Of a DNA stretch of 29,782 nucleotides, positions 9,182 to 19,734 are shown piece after piece. The notes under the pieces were generated by a model. It was given only the letters and a program-made list of their open reading frames with translations. It did not search any database and was not told where the DNA came from. Position numbers and translations under genes: made by a program. Origin of the DNA: Thermoplasmata archaeon (GTDB lineage: Archaea > Thermoplasmatota > Thermoplasmata > Thermoplasmatales > ARK-15); NCBI GenBank assembly GCA_039794005.1, contig JBAMMA010000011.1, forward strand, positions 1 to 29,782, given 5' to 3'. Positions within the stretch are counted from its first letter, which is position 1, and each line of letters opens with the position of its first letter.

Positions 9182-10600
9182 CATTTCTATATCGGTTAAA
9201 TAAAGATCTCTTATATTTTTAATATTGTAATAAATCATGGCAAGCCTCTCTAAACCCATGCCCCATGCTAAAACTCTATATTTTATTCCCATAGGTAATG
9301 TTACCTCAGGCCTAAATATACCTGCACCTCCAAGCTCTATCCACTTACCATTATATTCAACATGTATTTCTAAACTTGGTTCTGTATAAGGGAAATAGGA
9401 TGGTTTGAATTTAATTTTTTCAAAACCTAACAATGCATAAAACTTTTCTAATGTACCTAATAACATTGGAAAATCGCTATTTTTTTCCATTAAAATACCC
9501 TCTATCTGATGAAATTCCGGCAAATGTGTTGGATCCATATTTTCCCTTCTATATACAGTTCCTACCATGAAGGCCTTTATATTTTCCTTGTTTCTATTTT
9601 TGTAGAGATACTTTATTGTATTTACAGTTGTATGAGTCCTCAATAACAATTTCCTTGCTTCTTTTTCATCCCATTCATATTTCCATCCTCTTGATATATT
9701 GTATCCATTTTCATGAACATTTTTAACGATTTTGTAATAATCTGGTATATCTACGCTTCCATCTAAATAAAAGGTATCCTGCATATCCCTTGCAGGATGG
9801 TGCTGAGGGATATAAAGGGCATCCATATTCCAGAAAGCACTTACTATGTTTCTTCCATATATCTCTTCAAAACCCATTGATAAAAATATATTTCTTACCT
9901 TATTTATAAAATATGTCAGAGGATGATTTTTTCCCATCCATGGCATAGGTACAAACAATCTTACATCGTATTTCTTAAAATTAGCATTTTTCCATATTTC
10001 CTTTTGTATATGTTCTGGTGTAATCTGTGTTATTTCTTCTATAAGAACTAAATCTTCATCTTTAATATTTTTTCCAATTTCGGTTAATTCAGCTTCCCTT
10101 AAAATAGAATCCTTTCTTTTTACCAGATTTCTTTTTAATAGGAATGATAATGAATTTTCATCTAAATTATTGTAATTTTTTAACATGTTTTCATTATTTG
10201 ATACTATTTTTTCAGCCCTTTCCAGATCTTCAACCAAAATTTTTCCATTTTCAATTTTTATTCCTCTGTTGTTTAATTGTGCTATTCCAACATTAACATT
10301 GATCTTTCCAATCTTTTCCTTTAAAGATTCAACATCATCTATACCAATTTTGACATTTTCTAAGAATATTTTTTCAGGGAGTCCATATTTCAATGCCTTT
10401 TCACCTTCCTCAGTCAAAACATAGTTTTTGTTCAATTTTTCATGTATTTTAATTACACCTTTCATCTTGAGCCAGGAAAGGGCGTTCATAACTTCAACGA
10501 GGCTCAAATTACTCAAATTTACAATTTCGTCTATTGTAAGTTTATTTCCATTTTCTTTCAATATTTTAATTATAATTTTTTCATTATTGCTTAAATTCAT
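9158..10600 (-). CDS. pheS: phenylalanine--tRNA ligase alpha subunit (archaeal long form)
   Basis: HPARDMQDTF, LRTHTT, YRRE..D.THLPEFHQIEG, YFPYTEPS, GLERLAM; N-terminal wHTH extension. Confidence 0.98.
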   Translation of the reverse strand: MNLSNNEKIIIKILKENGNKLTIDEIVNLSNLSLVEVMNALSWLKMKGVIKIHEKLNKNYVLTEEGEKALKYGLPEKIFLENVKIGIDDVESLKEKIGKINVNVGIAQLNNRGIKIENGKILVEDLERAEKIVSNNENMLKNYNNLDENSLSFLLKRNLVKRKDSILREAELTEIGKNIKDEDLVLIEEITQITPEHIQKEIWKNANFKKYDVRLFVPMPWMGKNHPLTYFINKVRNIFLSMGFEEIYGRNIVSAFWNMDALYIPQHHPARDMQDTFYLDGSVDIPDYYKIVKNVHENGYNISRGWKYEWDEKEARKLLLRTHTTVNTIKYLYKNRNKENIKAFMVGTVYRRENMDPTHLPEFHQIEGILMEKNSDFPMLLGTLEKFYALLGFEKIKFKPSYFPYTEPSLEIHVEYNGKWIELGGAGIFRPEVTLPMGIKYRVLAWGMGLERLAMIYYNIKNIRDLYLTDIEMLKSLPIP

Positions 10601-10622
10601 AATATTTTATATGATTAATTTT

Positions 10623-11830
10623 TTATTTAATTTTTCCATGATTCTTTAAAAAGATTGCCAGAAATATTATTATTGAAGATAATGGTGAAAAATGAAATGG
10701 AAAAGATTCTGAATATAACACAAAAAATATCATAATTGAAGAAATTAAAATTGAGAATACAGGTAAAATTAATTTTCTAAGCATATGATTTTTATGTTTA
10801 AAATATATTTTTATTAGATTTATATTTAAAATATCGTGAAATATTAGCCAATTTACAGAAGCGATGGATGTTGAAAGTAAAAATGTGTTGAATGGTCCCA
10901 ATTTGAATATTGATATAAGGGATATCAATATTAAAAATAAAATAACAATTTTTCATTTATATAAATATGAAATGTTCTTGTAAATGAAATTGAATATAAT
11001 ATAATGATAGTGAAAAAACTGTTTAATAACAGAAATATAAATATTTTATAAACCAAAAGGCCAAATCCCTTTATAATATTCAAGATTGGAGTTATAGCAT
11101 TTATATTGATGGAAATTTTATGATCATATAAAAACATACCAAGAATGAATGAAGAAATTATAAAAACAGATCCTTCTATTAAAGTTGAAATCAACAATGA
11201 TTTTTTAAATTATTTTCTGGATTTGTTATTAAATCTCCATAACTAATTGGAGAACCAAGTCCAGCAAATACCAATACAGAAAATATTCCACCAAGAAAGA
11301 TATTATCTAAAGAATGAATTTCGAAATATGAAAATTCCATATTGATATTTTTCAAAAGAATTAATGAAATAGATAAAATAAACAAAACTTCTAAAAAGGC
11401 ACCAATAGCAGATATCTTTATTGACAATTTCAGATTTATTTTTATTAATACAAAAATAATTATTAATATTAATAAAAATATTATTATTGAAATATAATTA
11501 ACATAAATTAAATCTGGAATTAAAATAAAAGAAATAAAGGTTGATAAAGAAACCAGGGATGAAAATGAGTATAAAAAGTATAAAAATATAATGTTCTTAT
11601 AATAATCTTTAATAAAAAGATAATATGCCCCTTTACCTGTCTTCATCTCTGAGAGTTCATACACCGAATTAAAGAATGTTAAAAAGAAGTATAAATGCAA
11701 AAATAAATGAAATGAATAAAAGATACGATGAATAATAATACGCATAAGCAATAAGAATGCTAAAGTTGACCAGTGGCCCGGCTCCAGATAAGGATGAAAA
11801 TATCGTGTCAAACCTTGATATTTTTTCCAT
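10623..11830 (-). pseudogene. APC-family amino acid permease, split by three frameshifts
   Basis: ATG 11830 gives MEKISRFDTIFSSLSGAGPL; later frames give YELS..KTGKGAYY, FAGLGSP...TNPENNLK and further TM segments; three 1-nt corrections (near 11683, 11203, 10935) restore about 402 aa. Confidence 0.75.
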
Positions 11831-11999
11831 AAAATAAAAAAATTAGATTATATTTAATTTTATTGATTTTTATTCATTTTTGTTTTTAATTTTTAAAGCA
11901 TCATTTCAATATGAAAAATTAAAATATTAGATTTAATGGTATATTTATAATCATCAACAATTAAAAAGGGGAGGAAAAAAGGATGAGGTGAAAAATAAG

Positions 12000-13052
12000 A
12001 TGGAATTTACAAAGGCAAAAAAGATGGTGTTGCCTAGAATAATATATGCTGGCCATAATGTGATTAATAAAATAAATGAAGTTTTACATGAATTAGAAAT
12101 AGATGGAAGAATTTTAATAGTTACCGGTGAAACCACCTTAAAAGTTGCAGGAAATATTATCAAAGAAAATATAAAGAAAGATTACAAGGTCGATGTTATT
12201 CTTACAGGAGAAGCAACGGTAGAGAATGTAGAGAATGTTAAAAAGTTTGCAAAAAAGAAAAAATCATCCGCCATAATAGGAGTAGGCGGAGGTACAAAAA
12301 TAGATATTGCAAAGAAGGTAGCTTATGATCTAAATAAACCGTTTATATCGGTTCCCACATCTGCATCTCACGATGGTGTGGCAAGTAATAGGGCAAGCAT
12401 TAGAGATAATGGGGATGTCATTTCTGTAGAAGCTGCAACACCTATTTCTATAATTGCAGATACTTCGATCATACTTTCAGCACCATATAGATACTTAGTG
12501 GCTGGAGCTGGAGATGTTATAGCAAACTATACCGCAATCTATGATTGGGAGAAGGCTTATAAATTGAAAGGAGAGGAGTTTTCAAGCTCAGCTTATGCTC
12601 TTTCAAAATATGCCGCTGAAGAAATGCTGAATTATGCACCTAATATGAAACCAAACGATGAAGAATCTGTCTGGGTAGTAATAAAGGCAATAATTTCATC
12701 TGGTATGGCAATGAATCTTGCCGGTTCTTCAAGGCCCGCAAGTGGAAGCGAACATTTATTTACACATGCAGTTGAAAAAATAGCACCTGGTAGGGCATTG
12801 CATGGTGAGATTGCGGGAATTGGAACCATAATCATGAGTTATTTACAAGGACAAGATTGGAAGAGGGTAAGAGATTCATTAAAGGTTATGGGAGCTCCAA
12901 CAAAAATAAAGGAGATTGGATTAACACCGGAAGAGGCAATAAAAGCACTGACAATTGCCCACAAAATGAGGGATAGATTTACAATTTTGGGTGAAAATGG
13001 AATTTCTCCAGAGGCTGCCGAAAAAGCACTTAGGATGACGGAGGTGATCTGA
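12000..13052 (+). CDS. egsA: glycerol-1-phosphate dehydrogenase [NAD(P)+]
   Basis: GVGGGTKID, PTSASHDG, SSRPASGSEH, LHGE; ATG 12000 follows GAGGTG (track starts at 11988). Confidence 0.96.
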   Translation: MEFTKAKKMVLPRIIYAGHNVINKINEVLHELEIDGRILIVTGETTLKVAGNIIKENIKKDYKVDVILTGEATVENVENVKKFAKKKKSSAIIGVGGGTKIDIAKKVAYDLNKPFISVPTSASHDGVASNRASIRDNGDVISVEAATPISIIADTSIILSAPYRYLVAGAGDVIANYTAIYDWEKAYKLKGEEFSSSAYALSKYAAEEMLNYAPNMKPNDEESVWVVIKAIISSGMAMNLAGSSRPASGSEHLFTHAVEKIAPGRALHGEIAGIGTIIMSYLQGQDWKRVRDSLKVMGAPTKIKEIGLTPEEAIKALTIAHKMRDRFTILGENGISPEAAEKALRMTEVI

Positions 13053-13483
13053 TGGTAACCATTGCCTTGGTAGGTAAAAGGAATGCAAAGGTTGGTTTTG
13101 AATTCCAATACCTTGGATTATCACAAGAATGCAGGGAATGTCCATTAAAAAATGTATGCGGCTCTCTGGAGCAGGGTAAAATATACAGAATAAAGAATAT
13201 CAGAGAAAAAGAACATCCATGTAAAATACATGATTTTAACAGCGTTGTAACAGTAGAAGTCGAAGAATTGCCAGTAGAATTGCTAATACCCAGGAAAATA
13301 GCTGTAGAAGGAACAATTTTCACCTATGAAGGATTAAAATGTGATAGATATTCATGCAGATACTTTAACATATGTAATATAATGGGGCTTAAACCTGGTA
13401 CTAGATTAAGAATAGAGAAAGTATTGGAAAATGTGGATTGCCCAGACGGAAGACAACTGTCAAGGGTACTTGTGAGGTGGTAA
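13052..13483 (+). CDS. UPF0179 family protein
   Basis: Cys-rich duplicated domain (C.ECPLKNVC..LE.G..Y.I...R...HPC.IH; C...C.....C; CPDG); 1-nt overlap with egsA stop. Confidence 0.85.
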   Translation: MVTIALVGKRNAKVGFEFQYLGLSQECRECPLKNVCGSLEQGKIYRIKNIREKEHPCKIHDFNSVVTVEVEELPVELLIPRKIAVEGTIFTYEGLKCDRYSCRYFNICNIMGLKPGTRLRIEKVLENVDCPDGRQLSRVLVRW

Positions 13484-14667
13484 AAATTTTAATAGGAATA
13501 GTGGGAAAACCAAACGTTGGTAAATCTACTTTTTTTTCAGCAATTACTAAAACAGTTGTTGAAATAGCCAATTATCCTTTTACAACGATAAAACCGAATC
13601 TTGGAACCGCATATGTTAGAAAACCCTGCCCACATACATTGATTGGTAAAAATTGTAATCCGAGGAATTCGATATGCCTGGATGGAATTAGGATGATTCC
13701 TATAAGCGTTATGGACGTGGCAGGTCTTGTTCCAGATGCCCACAAAGGAAAAGGACTCGGTAATAAATTTTTAGACGATTTGAGAAATGCTGATGCATTA
13801 ATACATATTGTTGATGTCTCTGGATTGACTGATAAAGAGGGGAATATTGTTGGTAAAGGCGTCGGGAATCCATTGGAGGATATTGAATTTATTGTAAATG
13901 AAATTTCATATTGGTTTGCTGAAATAATATCGAGGAATTGGAAAAAGGTATCACGAAGGATTGGTTATGAAAAAATAGAAACTGTAATATCAGAGATGGT
14001 CTCAGGCCTTGGAATAGATGAAAAAATGGTATCTGAAGCAATTTCTAACGCATCATTTGGGCCAGTAGATCAATGGGATGAACAAGACTTTCTAAACATT
14101 GGTAAAGAACTTCTAAAAGTGTCGAAGCCAATGATAATTGCAGCAAATAAAGCGGATATCGCAGATCCAGATATCTTAAGCGAGTTAATAAAAAAATCCC
14201 CTTATCCTGTAGTACCAATCTCTGCAGATTATGAATTGGGATTGATAAAAGCAGCAAGGAATGGTTTGATTAAATACATACCTGGAGACACCGATTTTAC
14301 AATAATAGATAAATCAAAACTTACAGAACAGCAAATAAAAGCTTTAGAAAAAATTCGCAATTTCATGAAAATTAATAATGGAACAGGTGTCCAAACCGTT
14401 CTAGAAAAACTAGTTTTTGACATTTTGAAAATGATTACTGTTTATCCTGTTGAGGATGAGACACATTGGACAGACAAAAGTGGTAATGTTTTACCTGATG
14501 TTTTTCTAATGCGTTCAGGTGTTACAGCCCTAGATCTTGCTTTTAAAATACATACGGATATTGGTAAAAATTTCATTAGAGCAATTGATGCCAAAAGAAA
14601 GATTATTATTGGAAAAGATTATGTTTTGAACGATCAGGATGTAATCAAGATTGTTGCAAAGACATAA
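13477..14667 (+). CDS. ychF: YchF/OBG-family ATPase/GTPase with TGS domain
   Basis: GKPNVGKST, ANYPFTTI, DVAGL, ANKAD, C-terminal TGS (IHTDIG); probable GTG start at 13477 (track starts at 13438). Confidence 0.93.
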   Translation: MVKILIGIVGKPNVGKSTFFSAITKTVVEIANYPFTTIKPNLGTAYVRKPCPHTLIGKNCNPRNSICLDGIRMIPISVMDVAGLVPDAHKGKGLGNKFLDDLRNADALIHIVDVSGLTDKEGNIVGKGVGNPLEDIEFIVNEISYWFAEIISRNWKKVSRRIGYEKIETVISEMVSGLGIDEKMVSEAISNASFGPVDQWDEQDFLNIGKELLKVSKPMIIAANKADIADPDILSELIKKSPYPVVPISADYELGLIKAARNGLIKYIPGDTDFTIIDKSKLTEQQIKALEKIRNFMKINNGTGVQTVLEKLVFDILKMITVYPVEDETHWTDKSGNVLPDVFLMRSGVTALDLAFKIHTDIGKNFIRAIDAKRKIIIGKDYVLNDQDVIKIVAKT

Positions 14668-15917
14668 ATTTTTTTGTTAATAGATACATTAAAATCATTG
14701 ATGTAAAGAAAGAGATAAAGTAGCTAATATCGACTCCACCAAGGTATTTGGCCATAGGCATCTCGTACAATCCAGGGTATTGAAAAGGAATGCTAACCAT
14801 AAAGCCAATCAATGCCGATATTGATGATATTTTATACAATTTTTGTAATTTCAAATTCTTTTTCTTTATTAAATAAAAATCCGCGATCATTACTCCTGCC
14901 CATGGCATTATCCAATAATCCAAAACATATAGAAAATTTTCAAAAAATTGATAGAATGAATTGTAAAAAATAATTGATACTATTATTCCTATACCAGAAA
15001 GAGCAAATATTAAAAATCTTCTTAAATTTTTTGCAAGAAGATCGCATTTATTGAAAGTGATGATGAATAAATGTTTATGGAATTTGTTCCAATTCCACCC
15101 AGAATTAATAGTAAAGATGTTAAAATTCCAATTGAACCAGAAATTGTGTAAGCTGCCTCCATGGAATTTGTCAAACCCGTATATATTCCTATGTAAAATC
15201 CCAGCAATTCTAAAAGGTATGTTGATAAAAACATCCCAAATGTTACATATATAACAATCTTTCCAAGTAATGAATTCTGTGGCAAATGTCTTGAATAGTC
15301 TGATGCATATGGAGCCCAAGAAACGGTATATGAAAAAGATGTTGCAAGCATTATCCCAAAAGCTATTAAATCATCTTTACCAACATAGTTTATTTTTGAA
15401 AAGAATATATCAGATCTTATTGCAATGTATAAAAATAATATTCCTAAAAGAATTGATAAAATCAATTCAAGCTTGTGTATATAATGGTATCCCAAATATG
15501 CAATTATTGCCTGTATAGTACCATATATTAATAATATTATAATATAATTTATATGCAAAATCAACTCAAATGCATAAGAGCCTAAAATTAGATTTACAAT
15601 AAACCAACCTAGAGCACTAAAACCCTGAAGAAAAGAAAAAACATGATTATATTTACCAAACGTTTCATAGGAAATTACCATTTGGGTTTTCCCTGATACA
15701 GATCCCTGATAGGCCAAAAGGCCAACTATGAAACTACCTAGTATTGTACCAATAAACATTGAAATTAATGTATAAACTATAGATAAATTCAAAGAATATG
15801 CTAAGAATCCCAGAGCGAAGTCGGCCAAAGTCAGATTTGCAGCAAACCATAAGGTGAATTGATTAAATTCCTTCCCCTCTTCATGTGCATTTCTACTTTG
15901 TTTATGCCCACATCCAT
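14645..15917 (-). pseudogene. NCS1 purine-cytosine permease, split by two frameshifts
   Basis: ATG 15917 gives MDVGINKVEMHMK; next frame FTLWFAANL, SWAPYASDYSR, N..NIYS; last frame FENFL..LDYWIMPWAG..ADFY; two +1 corrections (near 15875, 15030) restore 424 aa. Confidence 0.85.
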
Positions 15918-15923
15918 GTTATT

Positions 15924-15935
15924 GAACATGTGTTC
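15924..15935. promoter_or_regulatory. candidate operator palindrome GAACA-N2-TGTTC
   Basis: Inverted repeat between a minus-strand TATA-like AAATATAA (15937-15944) and the permease ATG (15917). Confidence 0.5.
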
Positions 15936-15961
15936 GTTATATTTGAATTTTTTTTAAAATA

Positions 15962-16903
15962 CTAATAGATAAAATTTTTTATTTTTACACTAGAGGTTTC
16001 AATTCCAAAATTTTTTATTATCCTTTCAATGTCAGCAACTTCAATCTTCCATTCAAAAATATATGATCTAAATGATTCTTTGATGATATTTTCATCCATG
16101 TTCAATAATTTTGACATATATTTTGCCGCTTCATCCCACCTTTTTCCATTTGCAAGATCTTCTGTTGTTTTCTTAAAATGGGTAATAAAATCAAAATATT
16201 TTTTAGAGAGTGAATTTTTAAAGGAAATAATTCCGCAACAATATTCCTTTTCGTTCATATCAACGTTATATTCATTTTTTAAAAGAGATATAAAAGGTTC
16301 CCATATCATTATTGCATTTACCTGATTGTTTTTGAGCGATGTTATCATAGATTCTGGGCTTTCATAATATACTATGGGCTCAAATTCATTTTTTCTTAAT
16401 TTTGCCTGAAAATCCATCGTTGAAAGCATTGTGGAACCTATCGGCCCTTTTTTTACCGAATATAGGATTCCAGATCCTCCCCTTGCGCATGATGATAATA
16501 GGACAATCCTTTCGTCCATCATGTGAAAAATAAAACCGGTTATTATAGGAACAAAAACAATATCTAAATTCCCTTTAATAAAATCCTCCATTTCCTGCAA
16601 TGCATTATCATAAAGATAAATTTTGGTTATGTATTCCTCCATCTCATTGGCTGCTAAAACAGCAGCAGCATATTCGGTAGATTTTAACAACCCAATTTTC
16701 AAATATTTTTCTTTGTTTATCTTTATTATAACAGTTCTTTCGCTAATTTTTTCTTTTTCTATATATCTCTTGATTTCCATATCTGACAGAATTTCAGATA
16801 AGTAAGATCTTGAAATTCCCAATCTCTTTCTCAATTCCGTCTGTGTAATCTCTTTTTCATTATCCAATATATCTAAAATTTTTTGTTCGATATCCTTTAT
16901 CAT
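15962..16903 (-). CDS. transcriptional regulator: wHTH fused to a type 2 solute-binding (NMT1/SsuA-like) domain
   Basis: N-terminal ITQTELRKRLGISRSYLSEILSDME; then LKIG, G.LD, NAIMIWEPF, YCC patterns; no signal peptide. Confidence 0.8.
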   Translation of the reverse strand: MIKDIEQKILDILDNEKEITQTELRKRLGISRSYLSEILSDMEIKRYIEKEKISERTVIIKINKEKYLKIGLLKSTEYAAAVLAANEMEEYITKIYLYDNALQEMEDFIKGNLDIVFVPIITGFIFHMMDERIVLLSSCARGGSGILYSVKKGPIGSTMLSTMDFQAKLRKNEFEPIVYYESPESMITSLKNNQVNAIMIWEPFISLLKNEYNVDMNEKEYCCGIISFKNSLSKKYFDFITHFKKTTEDLANGKRWDEAAKYMSKLLNMDENIIKESFRSYIFEWKIEVADIERIIKNFGIETSSVKIKNFIY

Positions 16904-17008
16904 AGTCCCCTAAAAAAATAATAAAAAAATATTTTTAATAAATTTATTGAAAAAATTATCATAAAAATTAAATTCATGTAATAAAATTACTCCCTTGGAG
17001 GTATTTTT

Positions 17009-19678
17009 ATGGAAATTGAAAAATTGATAAAAAAAATAAAAAATGGAAAAAATGAGTATAAGATGGTATCCCTAAATGATTTAAAATCTCAGGGATATGA
17101 TGTTTCTAAGCTTCCATACTCTTTAAAAATCATATTAGAAAATGTTTTAAGGAGATATGATGGAAAGAATGTTACAGAAGAACATATAAAAAATATAATT
17201 TATAATAAGGATGAGGAAATACCATTTTATCCTGAAAGAATAATTTTGCAAGATTATACCGGAATTCCAGTTGTTCTTGATTTGGTTGCAATGAGAAATG
17301 CTCTATCAAGGATGAATAAAGATCCCAATAAAGTAAATCCTGCAAATCCTGTACATCTTGTGATAGACCATTCTGTTCAAGTTGATGCATTTGCCACGAG
17401 CTATGCATTGATGGAAAATATGAGATTTGAATACCAAAGAAATGCCGAAAGATATACTGTTTTGAAATGGGCTACAAAAAATTTTAACAAATTTAACGTA
17501 GTACCGCCAGGAAATGGGATAATACATCAGGTGAATACAGAATATTTATCATCAGTAGTTTTAACAAGAAATGGTTTTGTATTTCCTGAAACACTTTTAG
17601 GAACAGATTCACATACAACGATGATAAACGGAATTGGAATAGTAGGATGGGGTGTTGGAGGCATTGAGGCAGAGGCGGTAATTGTTGGTGAACCTACATA
17701 TATAACAGTTCCTAAAGTTGTTGGAGTAAAATTAATAAATTCTCCAAGGCCGGGAGTTACTTCTACAGACATTGTATTAACGATTACACAATTTTTGAGG
17801 GAGAAAAAGGTTGTTGGAAAGTTTGTAGAATTCTTTGGCCCCGGTCTAAAGAGCCTTTCGGCTCAGGACAGGACCACAATAGCAAACATGGCCCCAGAAT
17901 ATGGAGCAACTATGGGTTATTTCCCGGTTGATGATGAAACTCTGAAATACCTTTATTTGACAGGAAGAAAGAAAAGCTTGGTGAACCTTGTAAAGAATTA
18001 TTTCAAGACTCAAGGCCTATTCTATGATGAAAATAATGAAATAAATTATAATGAAGTCTATGAATTTGATCTTTCAAAGGTAGAGCCTAGCATTGCAGGT
18101 CCTAGAAATCCGGATGAAAGAATACCACTCTCAGGTTCGAATCAAAAAATTCACGATTTGGCTAGGGAATTAAATATGGAAAATAGGGAAAGCAGCATAA
18201 TTACAATAAATGGTAAAAAGGTAGAATTTGGCAATTATTCTGTAGTTATAGCGGCAATTACAAGCTGCACAAACACATCAAATCCAAGCGTTTTAATAGG
18301 TGCAGGATTGCTTGCTAGGAAGGCCGTTGGGTATGGATTAACCGTAAAACCGTATGTAAAAACAAGTTTTGCTCCAGGGTCTGTAGTGGTGGATGAATAT
18401 ATTAAAAAGTCTGGATTATTACCATATCTTGAGGCATTGGGATTTCATATAGTGGCACATGGATGTACTACTTGCATAGGAAATAGTGGTCCTTTAATTC
18501 CGGAAGTTGAAAAGGCAATAAAGGAGAAGGATTATTACACGGCTGCAGTATTGAGTGGAAACAGAAACTTTGAGGGGAGAATAAATGTATATGTTAAAGG
18601 AACATTCCTAGCATCACCTATATTGGTAGTTGCATATGCAATAGCTGGAAGGATTGATATAGACTTTGAAAAAGAGCCAATAGGATATGATCCAAATGGT
18701 AAGGCAGTTTATTTAAAAGATATTTGGCCGACAAACGATGAAATATCGGAGTTCATAGAAAAATACATAGATCGTGAAATTTACGTTGAAAAGTATAAAA
18801 ATATATTTGAAGGTAATGAACTTTGGCAATCTTTATCCGTACCTGAGAGTAGCATGTTCAAATTTGATGAAAAATCAACATACATCAAAGAACCACCTTG
18901 GTTTGAGAATTTCTCTGAAAATCCACCGGGAATACATGATATTAAGTCGGCAAGGATTATTGCAATATTTGGGGATAATATAACAACAGACCATATTTCA
19001 CCTGCAGGATCAATAATCACAGATAAATCTATTATTGAAAAGATAGATCTAAATGATCCGAACACATACAAATACGTTCCACCTGCTGCAATATATTTAC
19101 TCAAGAATGGTGTAAAGCCTGAAGATTTCAACACATATGGAGCAAGAAGAGGAAATCACGAGGTAATGGTAAGGGGTGGTTTTGCAAATCCAAAGATAAA
19201 AAACAAAATGGTGGATATACAAGGAGGATTTACAAAATATTACCCGAGCGGTGATGTGATGTCAATTTACGATGCAGCAATGAAATATAAGTCTGAAGGA
19301 ATTCCATTGGTTGTATTTGCTGGAAAGAGGTATGGTCAGGGAAGTAGCAGGGACTGGGCTGCAAAGGCGACAGCCCTCTTGGGTATAAAGGCTGTTATAG
19401 CAGAGAGCTTTGAAAGAATACATAGAAGCAATTTAGTTGACATGGGAGTAATTCCGATTCAGATAGATATACCAGTGGACTCATTGAATTTAAAAGGTGA
19501 TGAAATAATAGACATAATAGGAATAGAAAATGCAGAGCCTAAAGGGAAAGTGAAAATCGTTATAAACAATCAGAGAGAGATTGAAGGTCAGCTAAGAATA
19601 GATACGCAGGCTGAAATGGATTATGTTAAACATGGAGGCATTCTAGAATACACATTAAGAAAAATTCTAAAAGAATAA
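17009..19678 (+). CDS. acnA: aconitate hydratase A
   Basis: LPYS, DHSVQVD, GTDSHT, ITSCTNTSN, GCTTCIGNSG, SGNRNFEGR, TTDHISPAG, GSSRDWAAK; SD GGAGGT. Confidence 0.98.
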   Translation: MEIEKLIKKIKNGKNEYKMVSLNDLKSQGYDVSKLPYSLKIILENVLRRYDGKNVTEEHIKNIIYNKDEEIPFYPERIILQDYTGIPVVLDLVAMRNALSRMNKDPNKVNPANPVHLVIDHSVQVDAFATSYALMENMRFEYQRNAERYTVLKWATKNFNKFNVVPPGNGIIHQVNTEYLSSVVLTRNGFVFPETLLGTDSHTTMINGIGIVGWGVGGIEAEAVIVGEPTYITVPKVVGVKLINSPRPGVTSTDIVLTITQFLREKKVVGKFVEFFGPGLKSLSAQDRTTIANMAPEYGATMGYFPVDDETLKYLYLTGRKKSLVNLVKNYFKTQGLFYDENNEINYNEVYEFDLSKVEPSIAGPRNPDERIPLSGSNQKIHDLARELNMENRESSIITINGKKVEFGNYSVVIAAITSCTNTSNPSVLIGAGLLARKAVGYGLTVKPYVKTSFAPGSVVVDEYIKKSGLLPYLEALGFHIVAHGCTTCIGNSGPLIPEVEKAIKEKDYYTAAVLSGNRNFEGRINVYVKGTFLASPILVVAYAIAGRIDIDFEKEPIGYDPNGKAVYLKDIWPTNDEISEFIEKYIDREIYVEKYKNIFEGNELWQSLSVPESSMFKFDEKSTYIKEPPWFENFSENPPGIHDIKSARIIAIFGDNITTDHISPAGSIITDKSIIEKIDLNDPNTYKYVPPAAIYLLKNGVKPEDFNTYGARRGNHEVMVRGGFANPKIKNKMVDIQGGFTKYYPSGDVMSIYDAAMKYKSEGIPLVVFAGKRYGQGSSRDWAAKATALLGIKAVIAESFERIHRSNLVDMGVIPIQIDIPVDSLNLKGDEIIDIIGIENAEPKGKVKIVINNQREIEGQLRIDTQAEMDYVKHGGILEYTLRKILKE

Positions 19679-19734
19679 CCTTTTAATTTGACCTGTAGTT
19701 AATGTTAAATATTTAAATTTAAATTTTTTTTATT

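Noticed and set aside
10623-11811. Three separate membrane-protein genes as listed in the track
   Set aside because: They join into one APC permease starting at 11830; the track N-terminus MTRYFHP is out of frame
15040-15319. N-terminal half of the 224-aa ORF 14645-15319
   Set aside because: Out-of-frame overlap with the NCS1 body; only the part downstream of about 15030 looks like permease
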